Below, in pieces: positions 24,101 to 37,430 of a stretch of 62,645 nucleotides of DNA; position 1 is the first letter of the stretch; each line of letters begins with the position of its first letter. A program made the position numbers and the translations under genes. The notes beneath the pieces are model-generated. The model had not been told where the DNA came from. It saw nothing but the letters and a program-made list of their open reading frames with translations, and did not search any database. The stretch is from Haliotis rubra (taxonomy: Eukaryota), in contig NW_025764978.1 in assembly GCF_003918875.1 (NCBI RefSeq), positions 248,001 through 310,645 on the forward strand, given 5' to 3'.

Positions 24101-27100
24101 TAACACTTCGTGACAGAGATACACATCCGACCATACCATCCAGAGGGACAGCCTGATGAACGATACACAGATACAGCACGTTAACACTGTGTGACAGAGA
24201 TACACAGACGATCAACCATCCAGAGGGACAACCTGTTGAACGATACACAGATACAGCACGTTAACACTGTGTGACAGAGATACACAGCCGACCATATCAC
24301 CCAGAGGGACAGCCTGTTGAACGATACACAGATACAGCACGTTAACACTGTGTGACAGAGATACACAGCCAACCTTACCATCCAGAGGGACAGCCTGTTG
24401 AACGATACACATATACAGCACGTTAACACTGTGTGACAGAGATACACAGACGATCAACCATCCAGAGGGACAACCTGTTGAACATACACATATACAGTAC
24501 GTTAACACTGTGTGACAGAGATACACGTCTTGATCTACAGTAAATCCACAATCAATGTTTCAGTTGTCAACGTATGCCCACAGCAGATCAAAAGATATGT
24601 ACTAATGTCTTAATAATGTACTAATGTACAATATACGCTTAACTTGAGTCTACCTAATATATCATTACCATATATCCTGAAGACAGTAGCACGTATGCCT
24701 CCATGAATTGATGTGTTAAAGTACACATAAGAGCGTGGCCCACAGCCTCCAGGAAGTACATCCACTGTCCCCCTGTAAGGAAATTCAATAGTCAGTTCAT
24801 GGCAATATTTTGTCTTGTAGACGAAAGGTAAGTTTCAACATCGTTCTGAACGTGTACATATTTATAATGCAATTGGTATTCCGTTAATGAATGATAATTT
24901 ATTTTTTCTTCAGTGACGCAAAACAGCTGATTTATTGGCAGTAAAGAGTGTTCATGTTTATTGTTGTGACTGAAAATTATATACCGTAATTGTTTAATGG
25001 CAAGCGCGCACACTCACACCCACAAACATGCATACGCATTTCAATACTGTGTCTGAATACAACGTAATGGATATTACATATGAGGCTCCATGTAACATTT
25101 ACCTGTCTCCAAAAGGCCCAGCATACAGTACACCTTCGAACTCATGAACAGACAGATATAAAGTGTCGTTACGGTACACAGTGGTAACGTTCGTCTCCAA
25201 GTCCAGGGATCCCAAAGTGAGCACTGAAGAATCAGCGTAGTACAGTCTGTGACCTGCGACAGAAGACGCCGTGTTCGTATCTGAGACAGCTGCCATACTT
25301 GACTTGATAAATAGCAATAAACCTAAATCACTTGTCCAGTATTATTCTAGCTAAATAAGGACCATCAAGTCTTTCGTCAGAAAAACGACATCTTTGGAAG
25401 CCTGGGAGGCGTTTTGTATACTGGCCACATAAAGAAACTGTGCACACAGAAAATATAAAGATAGACAGACAGTGTCTTAAACATAAAGAAAGGTGTGAAC
25501 ATAGCAAGTATTGGAGACATTCAAACGCGCATGCAGGTGCCAGGCGACGTGACGTCATTGATGGTGGCCTATGGACTTGCAATGTGTTACTGCACATGCA
25601 GCCTGTGCAGCTGCACACAACATGTGAAACTCAGAAATTGCTGTCACTGTCGAAAGCTTGATCTTTGGTCATTCAAGCGTTCACAAATTCACATGAGAAT
25701 TCAAATGCACATCATGCCAAAATTAACATCTGCTCAACGTCACGAAACCATTGGAATGGTTCGAGCAGGCATGAGCCAACAACAGGTGGCAGCATATTTC
25801 CAATGCCATCATAACACGATATCTGCATTGGTCAGTTGTTATGGAAACAGTAATGATGTCGCCGACCACCCACGTTTTGGGCGTCCCCGAGTAACGACGC
25901 CAAGACAGGACAGATGGATTCGGGTGATAATCTCAGACACAGGTTCCAGACGGCAGTGACCACGTCCCAAACCATTCCCCAGGCCTTCAATGATCATTTG
26001 GTAGCCTCTGTGCAGCGTCGATGCACTGCTGTGCATCAAGCGCATGATGGTCATACCCGTTATTGACTTTGTGACTTCGTCGTGTGACCCCCTACTCAAC
26101 TTTGAACTTCTGACGTCATCGTTACGGATATTGTTCATGTTCTTTTGACATGTTGTTGTGGCCCGATACTTCGGCTTATAAAGTGTCTACATCATTTCGT
26201 CTTTTCTGTTTTGTATTCCAATTCTGAAGGAAGTTTCTGTGTGCACAGTTTCTTTATGTGGCTAGTATATTTCTGGGTCTTGCACTGAGGATTGGGCCTT
26301 TTAAAACAAACCTTATGGTAGTAATGGATAGATCGAGTCCAAAACACGGTTATCTGTAGCTACCCATTCTCTGCTTTGTAAATCCATCTGTATATTATTT
26401 TAGATAATATCTTTAAAAGGAAAAATGAACCCAACAAAACATCGAAAAGGTTACCAGCTCGAGTTATTATTATTTTTTATTTTGGTAAAAAACAAGAGTG
26501 ACAAATCAGCTTCTTTGACGGAGTGATTTCCTAGAGATATTTAAGATTTATTCTAAAAAATGTGACTCTCTAATTGTTTTTTATATTCACATCCGCAGAT
26601 GTTGAAAGACAAGGATTCTGGGCAAGGTTGAATATGTAACCGCCTAAACAGCAAAACGTGTGTACTTACCTTCCATGTCAAACATCATACCAAAATGATT
26701 GCCATTCTTTTTGTTTAGTAGGGTGACATAGTCACTCCCGTCGTAGTTCATCATTGTGATTTTTGTGGCAAATGCTAGAAACAACTTCCTGCAATGTAAA
26801 AGAGTATTTCAACAGTTTGCTTTTCGCCGGTTGTCAAATCATTGTTGGCATACCTAATTTACACGGCTTTAGCTTGAATCTGTTATTTCAATTTTAGTTG
26901 ACTGTAATTCTTACTTGTTCCGAGTGTCGATAGCGATTCCCCATACAAGTGAATTTTCAGTCGGAACCTTTGTCAGGATCTTTGTGTCCATGTTTATCTT
27001 CCACAAGGAGCTATTATCATCATTTTGAAGGTCGAACACAAAGATTGCCCTAAGTTCGGGATCAAGGGCCATTCCATATAAACCTAAAAAGTTGAACCAA

Positions 27101-28875
27101 AATAGTAATTCTTTAAATACAATCACAAATACGATACACACATCTGCTGATCTGAGGGGTGATCTCTCTCAACATCACAGTGTTTACCTCAATAAATTAA
27201 GATGGCTTCTTTGGAAGGTACGTGTTGGTGAGTTTATTTGTTTTAAGTTCGTAATTATCAAATATCTTTACATCCTTACCTCTGGAGACGTTCACCCACG
27301 TTTCGTAGTCTTCTCCTGAAGACTTGACCCTACAAACAGACATGAGAGCATAGTCGGACCAGTAGACGTAGTCCTCCACAGGGTCGTATACAGGGCACCT
27401 GGGGTTGGGGGTGTGGATCGGGAGAACACTGCAGCTGGACCTGCCATCCAGGATGCATCGGTACACGCTCCCGTTGACTTCTAAAGCTCCACCGCTGTCT
27501 GTGATAAACATTATCTTTTCTGTCGCTGAAAATGAAGAAATAACTATTATAATTCTTAAATCGACGCCTTTTGGGGCATTTAGTTGTTTCGCCGTAATAA
27601 GCGACCTGGATATTAACCTCAGATATAAGTACAAGGCTAAGTTCGTATATCTTGGCTGGCTGTTTAGGTCCGTATCATCACATTTCGTCAAAAACTACAT
27701 GCGAGTTGAACATTATCACTATCTGCATAGGCGGAGCCAGTTATCTTCAAAGGGGGTGGGGGGAGGGGGGAGGTGTGTGTGTGTGTGTGTGTGTCGAACC
27801 TGCATTACCAAAACCAGGTTTAAACAGCAATGTTTTTATATTCGTTACCCAATTTTTATTTCCGTCATCATTATTTTTTTTTGCATGGACCTAATATCAG
27901 AATGTACCTTCATTAACATTATCTTCAGGGAAAAGGTTCCTATAGAACCAGCCTATACTGTACCTGTAGTATATACATTCACTCTGTAAATAATACCACG
28001 GAGATAATTCTGGTGTGGCTGTCTCTATCACAGCAAATATATTGATATACAAACATATATATTCAGAGTGACAATAATAGGAATGTACAGTGTATTCGTT
28101 AACAAACAGTCACGCCTGATTAACATAAAGAAGTATGTCTTAAATAGGTGAGTCATAATATTTCCATATCATAGATTCGCAGTGTACGCTATGATAGGTG
28201 GGTTCTGTGGCATTGTGATGTAGGTTTCGACTGGGTCCATGAAGGCTTTATGAAGGCAGTTCAGTAATTTAATGCGCAAGTGGGAAATACGACTTGTTTG
28301 TCTGGAGCTACGTCTTTGCTATTGTATATTTACAACAATTACATAGAGGTCTTTATTATATAACACTCCCTTGCTAAACCTGAATTGTGTCATTGCGATT
28401 GTATATTCATAACAATTACATATAGGCTACAGGTCCTTATTATATAACACGTCCTTGCTTTAACCTGAATTGTGTCATATTGTTACATTCCAAATTAACT
28501 GTTGTCTCCAACAAATATATGCCAGGAACCGATGGAAGGATGGACAGATCGGATGGCATAAATGCTGCGCCATGCTGGATGCAGGTGAACTAGACAAATT
28601 GGTCCTAAATATACCGTGACAGTGATTCCCGACACACAGAGCAATGTCGCATCTGTATCACTACCTCCTAGAAACGTGGGATGTGGGCAAAGCAGGTCAA
28701 GCTTTGGGTACCGAGGAACCATGGTGTATGGAGTATCTACAAAAGTTCTACTGCTACTTACAACACAGCCCAGAGACATAAAGTACTGAAGTTTCAACTT
28801 ACCATTATTAGATTCAGCGGCAGCGATCAGAAGTGCAAGGACACACAAGACGAAGACAAGTGTAGTATCCGCCAT
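21153..28875 (-). CDS. 467-aa type I receptor: signal peptide, YWTD/LDLR-class-B-like propeller, two MEGF/laminin-type EGF repeats, TM, NPxY plus ITAM-like tail
   Basis: Ten exons with GT/AG sites and matching phases: 28875-28803, 27525-27280, 27083-26915, 26788-26670, 25253-25103, 24772-24669, 23746-23609, 22738-22610, 21746-21653, 21333-21153 (1404 nt, no stops). Motifs include MADTTLVFVLCVLALLIAAAES, YVYWSD, GMALDP, GIAID, RLYYAD, CPSGWYGRLCTRECGKC, CPNGTYGERCGNLC, TM WNLVVWALVSVCVFLGLVVVVLVILLV, NPTY and YEKMDNVQPPVYETL. Confidence 0.85.
23717..24526. repeat. 81-bp tandem repeat, ~10 units, overlapping the exon-7 splice acceptor
   Basis: On the minus strand each unit is GTATCGTTCAACAG|G(C/T)TGTCCCTCTGG.TGGTATGGTCGGCTGTG plus intronic sequence. 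Period 81-82 bp. Confidence 0.9.
25421..26265 (+). mobile_element. Internally deleted Tc1/mariner element in receptor intron 4
   Basis: TIRs CTGGCCACATAAAGAAACTGTGCACACAGAAA / TTTCTGTGTGCACAGTTTCTTTATGTGGCTAG flanked by TA. Paired-like HTH MPKLTSAQRHETIGMVRAGMSQQQVAAYF...GRPRVTTPRQDR. Confidence 0.9.
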
Positions 28876-28879
28876 GATG

Positions 28880-28962
28880 TCACACCAGTATATCTACCCA
28901 CACCAGTATATCTACCCACACCAGTATATCTACCCACGCCAGTATATCTACCCCCACGCCAG
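28880..28962. repeat. 18-bp tandem repeat (~4 copies) immediately upstream of the receptor ATG
   Basis: (CACACCAGTATATCTACC)x4. Confidence 0.85.
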
Positions 28963-31649
28963 CCGGGAACACGGGTATTTCAACTCTGCTCAACTATTTG
29001 TGTACGAGGAAGTATATTACGCTTCAGCACAACTTGCTTTAGGTGACAAACCTGTCGGGTTGCCAGTAAGGCTATTAATGCATGTCATGCCTCTCACATC
29101 AGTAATGTATGCATGTGTCAGTGTGAGGTTTGAACAGTATGCGATATAAGTCATATCAACTTGCACTGATGTGTGCCGTGTGTTGAGAAGAACAACCCTT
29201 CCGACTTCTTCGCTTGGATGACGTCTGGCTGGTCTAGTAAGTGAAACAGAAGATTTACTGGTTGCTGGTAAGGACCAGTCACTTTCTTCTCAATATGTGA
29301 TTTTAAAATGTAAATATGAAATGTAGATGATGTAAAGATTTTCACGAGTCTGTCCAACAGTCAGAGGATTCCTAGCGTTGGCACGAAGACAACTAATCTA
29401 AGTGAAGTAATTGCATGCAACCGTCGTTCTATTACCGTCTTTGCAATGCTTGTGGTTCAACCATAATACGACCCAGAATATGTGGAGGGCCTCAAGGAAA
29501 ATGACAACTGTAAAATTCTTTGGAATAAGCCCTTATACAGCCTCAGACGTATCCAAGCCAACAAAAGTGGCCTTGTCCTTTTTTATTAAACTAGTGAAAG
29601 TATGTATATGATTGAGTTTTCTGTCCCTTTTTAGACAAATGTGATTGACAAGATTCAGGAGAAGCATGTCAAATATGCGGACCTCGCTTACAATAAGCCA
29701 CGTGCATCCGAAGAATTAAGTTGTTCGACTCACCATTGTTCTTGGTGCTCAGGTACCTCTCAATCTGCTGATTGACATTGGGAGAGAACCCGTGTTTACT
29801 GCCAGGACCACGACCCTTCTGACAGTGCAGGAATCTACACATTCTCCGGAAAGTTCTTGCTGGGTTCGAGAAGGCAGCGGTTCCTGGGAGATATAATTCG
29901 CTGTATGGGCTGCATGTAAAAGGGGCAAGGGCTCTGAGCTGAGAACGAACCAAACCTGCCTGCAGTGCCTCATTTTGTCCTTTTTGATAAGGCCACTGAA
30001 TTTATTTTTTGTCATTTTCTGTCCCTTTTGTCAGCAATGTGATGACCAAGATTCAGGAAAAGCATGATAAATATGCGCACCTCGCCTTTGAAATGTCTCG
30101 CTTGAATTCTAGTCGTCGGGCTGCTGAAAAACATAACAATTATCTGTGAAATATGAAATTTAGCATATTTTGGATTTTAACACGAAATAGGGTTACCGAA
30201 ACACAATCGTGGAAAGGCAATAGCTACATGTGCAGCTGGAAATCTTGCAATAATGTTGGTACTGTTTCATGGACGAAACTCAGGACAGGGATGGAATACT
30301 GTTGCTTAGATACAAGTATTGCATGAGGAGGAGACAGGAATGCAAAATAGGTGTTCAAAATGGTGCCTGCATAGGTTAGACGAGTCTGTATGTGATAACG
30401 TCCAAGTGACCTTGTATGCGATATTGAAGCCTGTCTCACAGCCCTGGATCATACAAGTTTCCCAGGGATGAGCAACTGTGACATAGATATTTTATCAAAG
30501 TTTACGAACAGTTCTTTAATCGACAGTTTTTTAATTACACAAAGAAGTAGAATCGATGTATTGCCCCTGAGTTTAGAAATTATTTCTATCCAAATTATTT
30601 CTTTTCAGTCTAGTAGTTTTGTATAAAACACTATCAGCAACAGAACAACTTTACGCATGCGCGTTGCAAATGGTCACGTCATAGGTCTGGTGACAATTCT
30701 ATGTTTACAATCGCGTATACTTTCAAGTCTCAAATAAGGTTAGTACCAATATTTCATAGCGTATTTTTGACTACTAACGACTAACAATGTGTGTAAATCG
30801 TTTATGTGTGTGTTTCGTTAAACATTGATTTGAGGCACAGTAAAGGACGTTATCCTACATGCATTTACAATAGACTGGAAAGTCGGCCATGTTTGTTGCA
30901 TGCAGAAACATGGGATTGTGCACTGTTTCAGAAGATCAGACGGAACCGTACAAGACAATCAGCTTTTGCCATCCAGTATGATTATGGATGGGTTGTCACC
31001 TTCCTGATACCTAAGTGTTCAGGGGCCACTCTGGGAAGGGTTGTTAACAAGGCGTGAAAACTGAGGGGCCACTGTGTTTTGTTTCCACAGTGAGTCAGTA
31101 TGATTGCTGTACAATTCATTGGTATAGGTATACACGTCTTTGTGTTATCCCTGACTGAGACTGAGTGAAAACGCCGTTTACCTGAAGTGTAATGTACTCC
31201 ACTGATGGTGTCATGGCGCGGATAACGTTAGTTAATTCTGGTTCAGTTGATTCAGTAGGTAGACTGAACTGAGCTAGTAAATGTTACACATATTTTATTT
31301 AGTCCAGGTCCTGGTCATGTTTGGGTCTACCAAGACGTCGGATGTATACCGAGCTTTCTTAGCATTTTTCAAACCAGATTAAAATATACGTACACCCGAC
31401 AATGGACAAATATATTAGCATCTAGAACATTATGAATAGCCTTGAAGCCGAGAAATATGTAATAGATTCAATCTTGTGTACATTTGCAACCGATTTCTCG
31501 AGCTGTAAGTACAAGGCTAAATATTGATATTCAGATATAAAATTGCAAAGTCTGAAAGCGTATGTACAACTTAAACGATCTCGCTTACCTGTATGGCCTT
31601 GGCACTTGGAAGCCATGTTCTATCATATTGATCATCACAACAATGAAGG

Positions 31650-32201
31650 TTTATCCTTATGAGCGGTAATTTTACTTGCATTTTTTGCTCTGGAAATCAG
31701 CTGGAAGCTTCTTGACCATTCCAAACAGTTTCCAAGAGATGGCATTTCTTTGGGTGTGTCAGGATTGACCATTCGGATTACTGGACTAAATCTCTACAGT
31801 CACGTAGATCAGTGAATTATGTGCCTATAAAAAGAATGCCTCACTCATTATGCTGCCCTGTGCGTGCCTATTGTTGTATGGTGAGTGCCATACTAACCAG
31901 ACCTTCTGATCCAGCCTTCGTTCAGTGCTACAAGGGGCACCTACGTCCTTGGTCTCGACAGCAATTGGATCAAAAGTTTATCAGCCTTCTACAGAAATGT
32001 GGCCTTGACTCTCAATCATACTCGTTCCACAGCTTGAGAAAGAGTGGTGCTTTGCTGGCTGCAGCTACAGTCTCAAGTGACAGGGGCTTTTGTGCAATCG
32101 GCCTTTGGCCATCGTCGTCTAAAAAGGGCTATGTCAAAGTCTCACCACTCATTCTGTCCCGAGTTTCTGGCAGAATGGCAAAAACATTTAAAAATATTTA
32201 A
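31650..32201 (+). mobile_element. Degenerate tyrosine-recombinase fragment (DIRS/Crypton-like)
   Basis: CPVRAY...CGLDSQSYSFHSLRKSGALLAA...IGLWPSSSKKGYV fits the YR H-x-x-R, G-x-W-x-S and catalytic Tyr arrangement. Upstream part broken. Confidence 0.7.
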
Positions 32202-34156
32202 ATAACTTGGTGAATGCAGTGTTTGCGGTGCTTAAATTTTCCCGGTGGCTTTCATGGCCTGCTGCCACCTGCAGGCTATAAAATCTCCAGGTCCAGGGTG
32301 AAATCTCCAGGCCCATTTTGTTACAGTCAAATCAATAAAATCAAAGTAGACTACACTGTACACAGTTTCACACTGTTTCTACAAAATCAATTTGCGAGGC
32401 TTATGGCGCAGAGGGAGATTTTTATTTGTTAAAGGCTGGTGTTGACATTTCTATGCACAAAGCCAGGAAGTGAAACTGTAAGTTATCTTAACATGGTGGA
32501 TTATGGAGGATTCACGAACGTTAATGAAGAGAACAATTATGGGAAATATTCCAGTTGAAAAACAAAATGCCATAATTTACTGAAGGCCACAAAGGCCTGC
32601 ACATATTTGAAACTGCCGGCCTGATACAATAACAACCGGCGCTGGGCCTCCGGGCCTGGGATTATTTCGAACGCTGGGTCAGTGTACAGTACCTTCCCAT
32701 GTCGCCACTCGAATTTGTATTCTGAATCAGGTTTTCATAACTTGTCACATCTATATTCACACGTTTCCAGTTTGATATTTCCTTGGTTTTCTTTCAGGCT
32801 GAATGTCAAAAGCATCTTAATTTAATTTTTAAGTATATATTGACGACTGCTCATCAAAACATGTCTTTTTCTCGTAATGATGGATCTGCCTAGCTGTTTG
32901 GTTTAGATGTTTTGTTTCACATTTTTACTTTTCAGGCTGTTTTGAGAAATAGATATATGGACAAAATGGTGCTCGATACTTCAAGTGTGTTACCTTTCGG
33001 GATCTGCGTGTGTAGAATTCCTTAGTCTACAATCTAGTTTCCCCTTCAATGTTAGTTTCTGCCTACGGTTTATGGTTAATACACAAGTGGTGAAGTGATG
33101 TTTTGGAGACATTTTTACTGTTCAGTTTTGGGGTTTTCTGTTCTCTCTCTTGTTTGGCGGGCTTTGCCTTGGTGTCTGTGGTGTTTATAGTATTTTAGAT
33201 CAGTCTTGGGCTGTGTGATATTTTTTACGTATCTTGTTAAACTCCACCTAAACCACCAAACAAGTGTTTGTTATCTTCTTCAAAATTATTTCTGCAAAAT
33301 CATGTGTCATGATGTCTAATTTGCATATAAACCGGAACTGTCTGTCTTGTTCCCTACCACGCATGCGTCCTCTCCTTTCCTGTCATGCATGTGCGGCTTT
33401 CTTTTTTATTCCCAACTTATATTAATTTTCTTAATCACCCTCCCTCCGTCCCTGCCCTCGTTTATCGTATTTAAATATAATTATACTCAGCCTCATGACA
33501 CATTGTTTTGCCTAAACAACTTCAATATTTTATCTGGTTTTTTTGCTTTTGACTCACACTTTGAGACATGCTGTGACTATGGTGACTGTGGTGTTTATAG
33601 TATTTTGGTCAGTATTTTTTCACCTCAGCGACGTGTTTTACTTATGTTATTAAACTGGTGCAAGCAAGTATTTATGTATGGAGGTTATCAAATTACGCAA
33701 AGAAATAAACTCGATGTATTGCCCCTTTTAGAAGGTATTTCTATCAAATTTATGTATTTTCAGAGACAAAGCGTAAGTCTAGTAGTATTTCATAACAGTC
33801 TCAGCTCGCCCTGCGCATGCGCAGTGCATATGATCACGTCATATGGTGACAATTCTATGCTCCACCATATACTTTCCAGTCCAAATAAGTTAGTATCAAT
33901 ATTGTCACAGAGCATATTTGCCCACTGACGGGCATAGAAGAATGTGTGTAACCGATTATGTGTGTATTTCGTTAAAACATTGTTTAGAAGCACAGCGACA
34001 TGGTCCTACATGCATTTACAATAGACTGGGAGGTCGGCCATGTTTGTTGCATGCCATGGGATTGTGGGCTATTTCCCAAAGGCTCAATCGGAATCGTGAA
34101 ATACAATCAGTTTTTGTCGTCCATTATGATATGGACGGGTTGTGTGTTTCTATTTA

Positions 34157-34490
34157 GGGACAGTTCATAATATATGGCTGGGGGTGGGGGTGGTGTTGAT
34201 GATGATTTTTATGGGAAAGCATGTACAATGTAAATGACCCCTAAAATGTATTTACAAAATAAGTGACCACCCCTGCATGTCATGTCCAAAATCAATTACC
34301 CCTCCCCCTCCCATAATTTCTAAGCATAATTTTAAACATATTTTTATGTACAAAATTCCTGACCCCTAGTACATGTGTACAAAATTGCTGACCAATTAGA
34401 ACAAAATGGGTGACCCCCTTAAAATTATCATCAACCACCACCACCACCACCCCACCCCCACCACCCCTAGCAATAGATTATGCAGGACCC
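34157..34490. mobile_element. Tourist/Harbinger-like MITE
   Basis: Imperfect TIR GGGACAGTTCATAAT / ATTATGCAGGACCC with TTA TSD. Absent from the paralogous block at ~30990. Confidence 0.6.
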
Positions 34491-36317
34491 TTACAATAAA
34501 AACATTTGATCAATAAAACGAAAGCGAAAATAGGAATATTTTCAGAGGCTATTCGCGTCACCTTTTGCGTCTTAGGACCTCGAATCCATTTTAATGAAAA
34601 TAGGAAACTTTAATTATATTATATCACTTGTATACCATGTACATACTGACTGAGTATTAAATTAAACGAAATATTCTGTCTATATTTTTTTTAAAAAGAT
34701 AGGTAAAATGTCGTTGTTTCTAAAAATACAAATGTGTGAAAATACACTGGAATGCCGAAGGTGCGATGGAAGGAGGGAGAGATGTTTGAGTTGATGTTTG
34801 GATAGCTATATAATACCTATAACGTTTACTCAATGTCTATGTACAAAGTGCATGTACTTGAAGTACTCAGGGCATTGAACGCCGGTGTTATATTGCCATA
34901 ATGCACTGACTGCAGCTATTGGTTTCTGTGCACAAACCCACACAGCATTATTTGTAGGTAGTCATCGACATGCCTGGCAACGTGCCAGACAGATGTGTTG
35001 AAAAGTGTATTTTTCAGTAATTTTTGTTTGCTGGGTGAGTCACAATGATTACTGTACAATTCATTGGTATAGGTATACACGTCTCTGTGTTATCTCTGAC
35101 TGAGACTGAGTGAAAACGCCGTGTACCTGTTGTGTAATGTACTCCACTGGTGGTGTCACGGAGAGCTGATAAGGCTACAGAACGTTGGTTAATCTTTATT
35201 CAGTTGATTCAGTAGGTAGACTGAACTAAGCAAGTGATGTTAGAGATATTTTATTTAGTTCAGGTTCTGGTCATATTCGGGTCTACCCAGACGTTGGATG
35301 TATAGCTGGCTTATCATTTTTCAAACCAGATTAATATATACGTACACCCAATAATGGACAAATATATTAGCACATAGCACTAGACATGAATACTATGCAT
35401 GTTTAAAGATTGGCATTGAAGCAGGGAAATATGTAATAGATTCGACCTTGTGTACATTTGCAAACGACCTTGCTCGTGCTCGAGGATGTACAAGGCTAAA
35501 TTTTCAATATTGATACAGGGAGACATCATAAACTTGCAAAGTCTGAAATAGTATGTACATGTAAGTTAAACAATCTTGAAGATCTGTACCATTTCACCTT
35601 CCATGTCCATCCTTAAATAACGTTCGACGGCAATACATACCAAATAAACATTTAATTTGACCTTCAACACAACAATGCATGTGCCCATGGTAACCACAAA
35701 CTATCAAGATTTAAGATTTGTTATGTTATGCTTCAAATATTTCTTCAAGAGCAGAAATGAAATGCGAATCTTTTGTGAAAATATTGACGCATATGCACTT
35801 CATGAATGTGGGCCTATGGCCTTTGATACAATAAACGTTCGATAACACTGCGATGATTGTGATGTTAGACTTATGGCGCGTTATCGGGTTCCTGTCACCG
35901 GTTTTTCTGGTCTGGATTTCGTGGAGGTTGTACTGGAGTTTGCTGACTGAAATGCTAAAATTCACTCACTCACTCACTGTTAGTTGGTTATTGTACCGTA
36001 TTTGCCTATACTTCTTTAACACAGCAGGTACCACTCGATTGGGGTTTAGGATGAAGATATACGGGAATAGAGAATGCAGAATGTTAAAATATAGAAACAA
36101 CTAAAATATTCGAGATTACAGTGCAGATCATTGGTGCAATACGTTTCAGAATACCATCTTTTGGTTTCAGAAAGAGATGCGACGGTGTTTTGGTGACAAA
36201 ACAAAGACAAATTAGAAGTGGAGAGAGAAGGAATGCCACACCTGTAAGAAATGGTATAAAGCTACTACAGCCTGGTGCCATCTGCGGCAGGAATAAAGGT
36301 GTCTCGGATATTGAGAT

Positions 36318-37430
36318 GGACAGAGGTCGGGGTGCTGGTGTCTCCGAAAGTGAGAAGGAAAGAGGTCGGTATGCTGGTGTCTCCGAAACTGAGGAGGAAA
36401 GAGGTCGGGGTGCTTGTGTCTCTGAAACTGAGGAGGAAAGAGGTCAGGGTGCTGGTGTCTCCGAAACTGAGGAGGAAAGAGGTCGGGGTGCTGGTGTCTC
36501 CAAAACTGAGAAGGAAAGAGGTCGGGGTGCTCTTGTCTCCGAACATGAGGAGGAAAGAGGTCGGGGTGCTGGTGTCTCCGAAACTGAGGAGAAAAGAGGT
36601 CGGGGTGCTGGTGTCTCCGAACATGGTGGGGGAAAGAGGTCGGGGTGCTGGTGTCTCCGAAACTGAGGAGAAAAGAGGTCGGGGTGCTGGTGTCTTGGAA
36701 ACTGAGAAGGAAAGAGGTCGGTATGCTGGTTTCTCCGAAACTGAGGAGGAAAGAGGTCGGTATGCTGACGTCTCCGAAACTGAAAAGGAAAGAAGTCAGG
36801 GTGATGATGTCTCCGAAACTGAGGAGAAAAGAGGTCGGCGTGCTGGTGTTTCTGAAATTGAGAAGGAAAGAGGTCAGGGTGATGATGTCTCCGAAACTGA
36901 GAAGGAAAGAGGTCGGTATGCTGGTGTCTCTGAAACTGAGAAGGAAAGAAGTCAAGGTGATGATGTCTCCGAAACTGAGAAGGAAAGAGGTTCGGGTGCT
37001 GGTGTCTCCGAAACTGAGAAGGAAAGAGGTCGGTATGCTGGTGTCTCTGAAACTGAGAAGGAAAGAAGTCAGTATGCTGGTGTCTCTGAAACTGAGAAGG
37101 AAAGAAGTCAGGGTGATGATGTCTCCGAAACTGAGAAGGAAAGAGGTCGGGGTGATGATGTCTCCGAAACTGAGAAGAAAAGAGGTCAGGGTGCTGGTGT
37201 CTCTGAAACTGAGAAGGAAAGAAGTCGGGGTGCTCATGTCTCCGAAACTGAGAAGGAAAGAGGTCGGTATGCTGGTGTCTCTGAATCTGAGAAGGAAAGA
37301 GGTCAGGGTGATGATGTCTCCGAAACTGAGAAGAAAAGAGGTCGGGGTGCTGGTGGCTCCGATACTGAGAAGGAAAGAAGTCGCGGTGCTGGTGTCGTGG
37401 AGACTAAGGTGGACAGAGGTCAGGGTGCTG
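36318..37430. repeat. 39-bp minisatellite, ~28 copies (ETEKERGRGAGVS frame)
   Basis: Unit GAAAGAGGTCGGGGTGCTGGTGTCTCCGAAACTGAGAAG. Confidence 0.95.

Larger units (their letters stand above)
30530..35580. repeat. Diverged local duplication (30530-31580 vs 33690-35580)
   Basis: Shared collinear blocks such as CGATGTATTGCCCCT, CCTACATGCATTTACAATAGACTGG and CTGTACAATTCATTGGTATAGGTATA. Confidence 0.8.

Noticed and set aside
29151-30440. Protein-coding exons or a retroelement
   Set aside because: Only short broken ORFs with no motif I can recognise.
36212-37237. Minus-strand Thr/Ser-rich 341-aa ORF
   Set aside because: Antisense shadow of the 39-bp repeat, with no splice or start context. The plus frame continues into unique sequence.
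36318-37430. Tandem hammerhead ribozymes (CTGAGGA...CGAAAC in each 39-bp unit)
   Set aside because: GAAAC and CTGA overlap, and no stem I or stem III partner can be formed.
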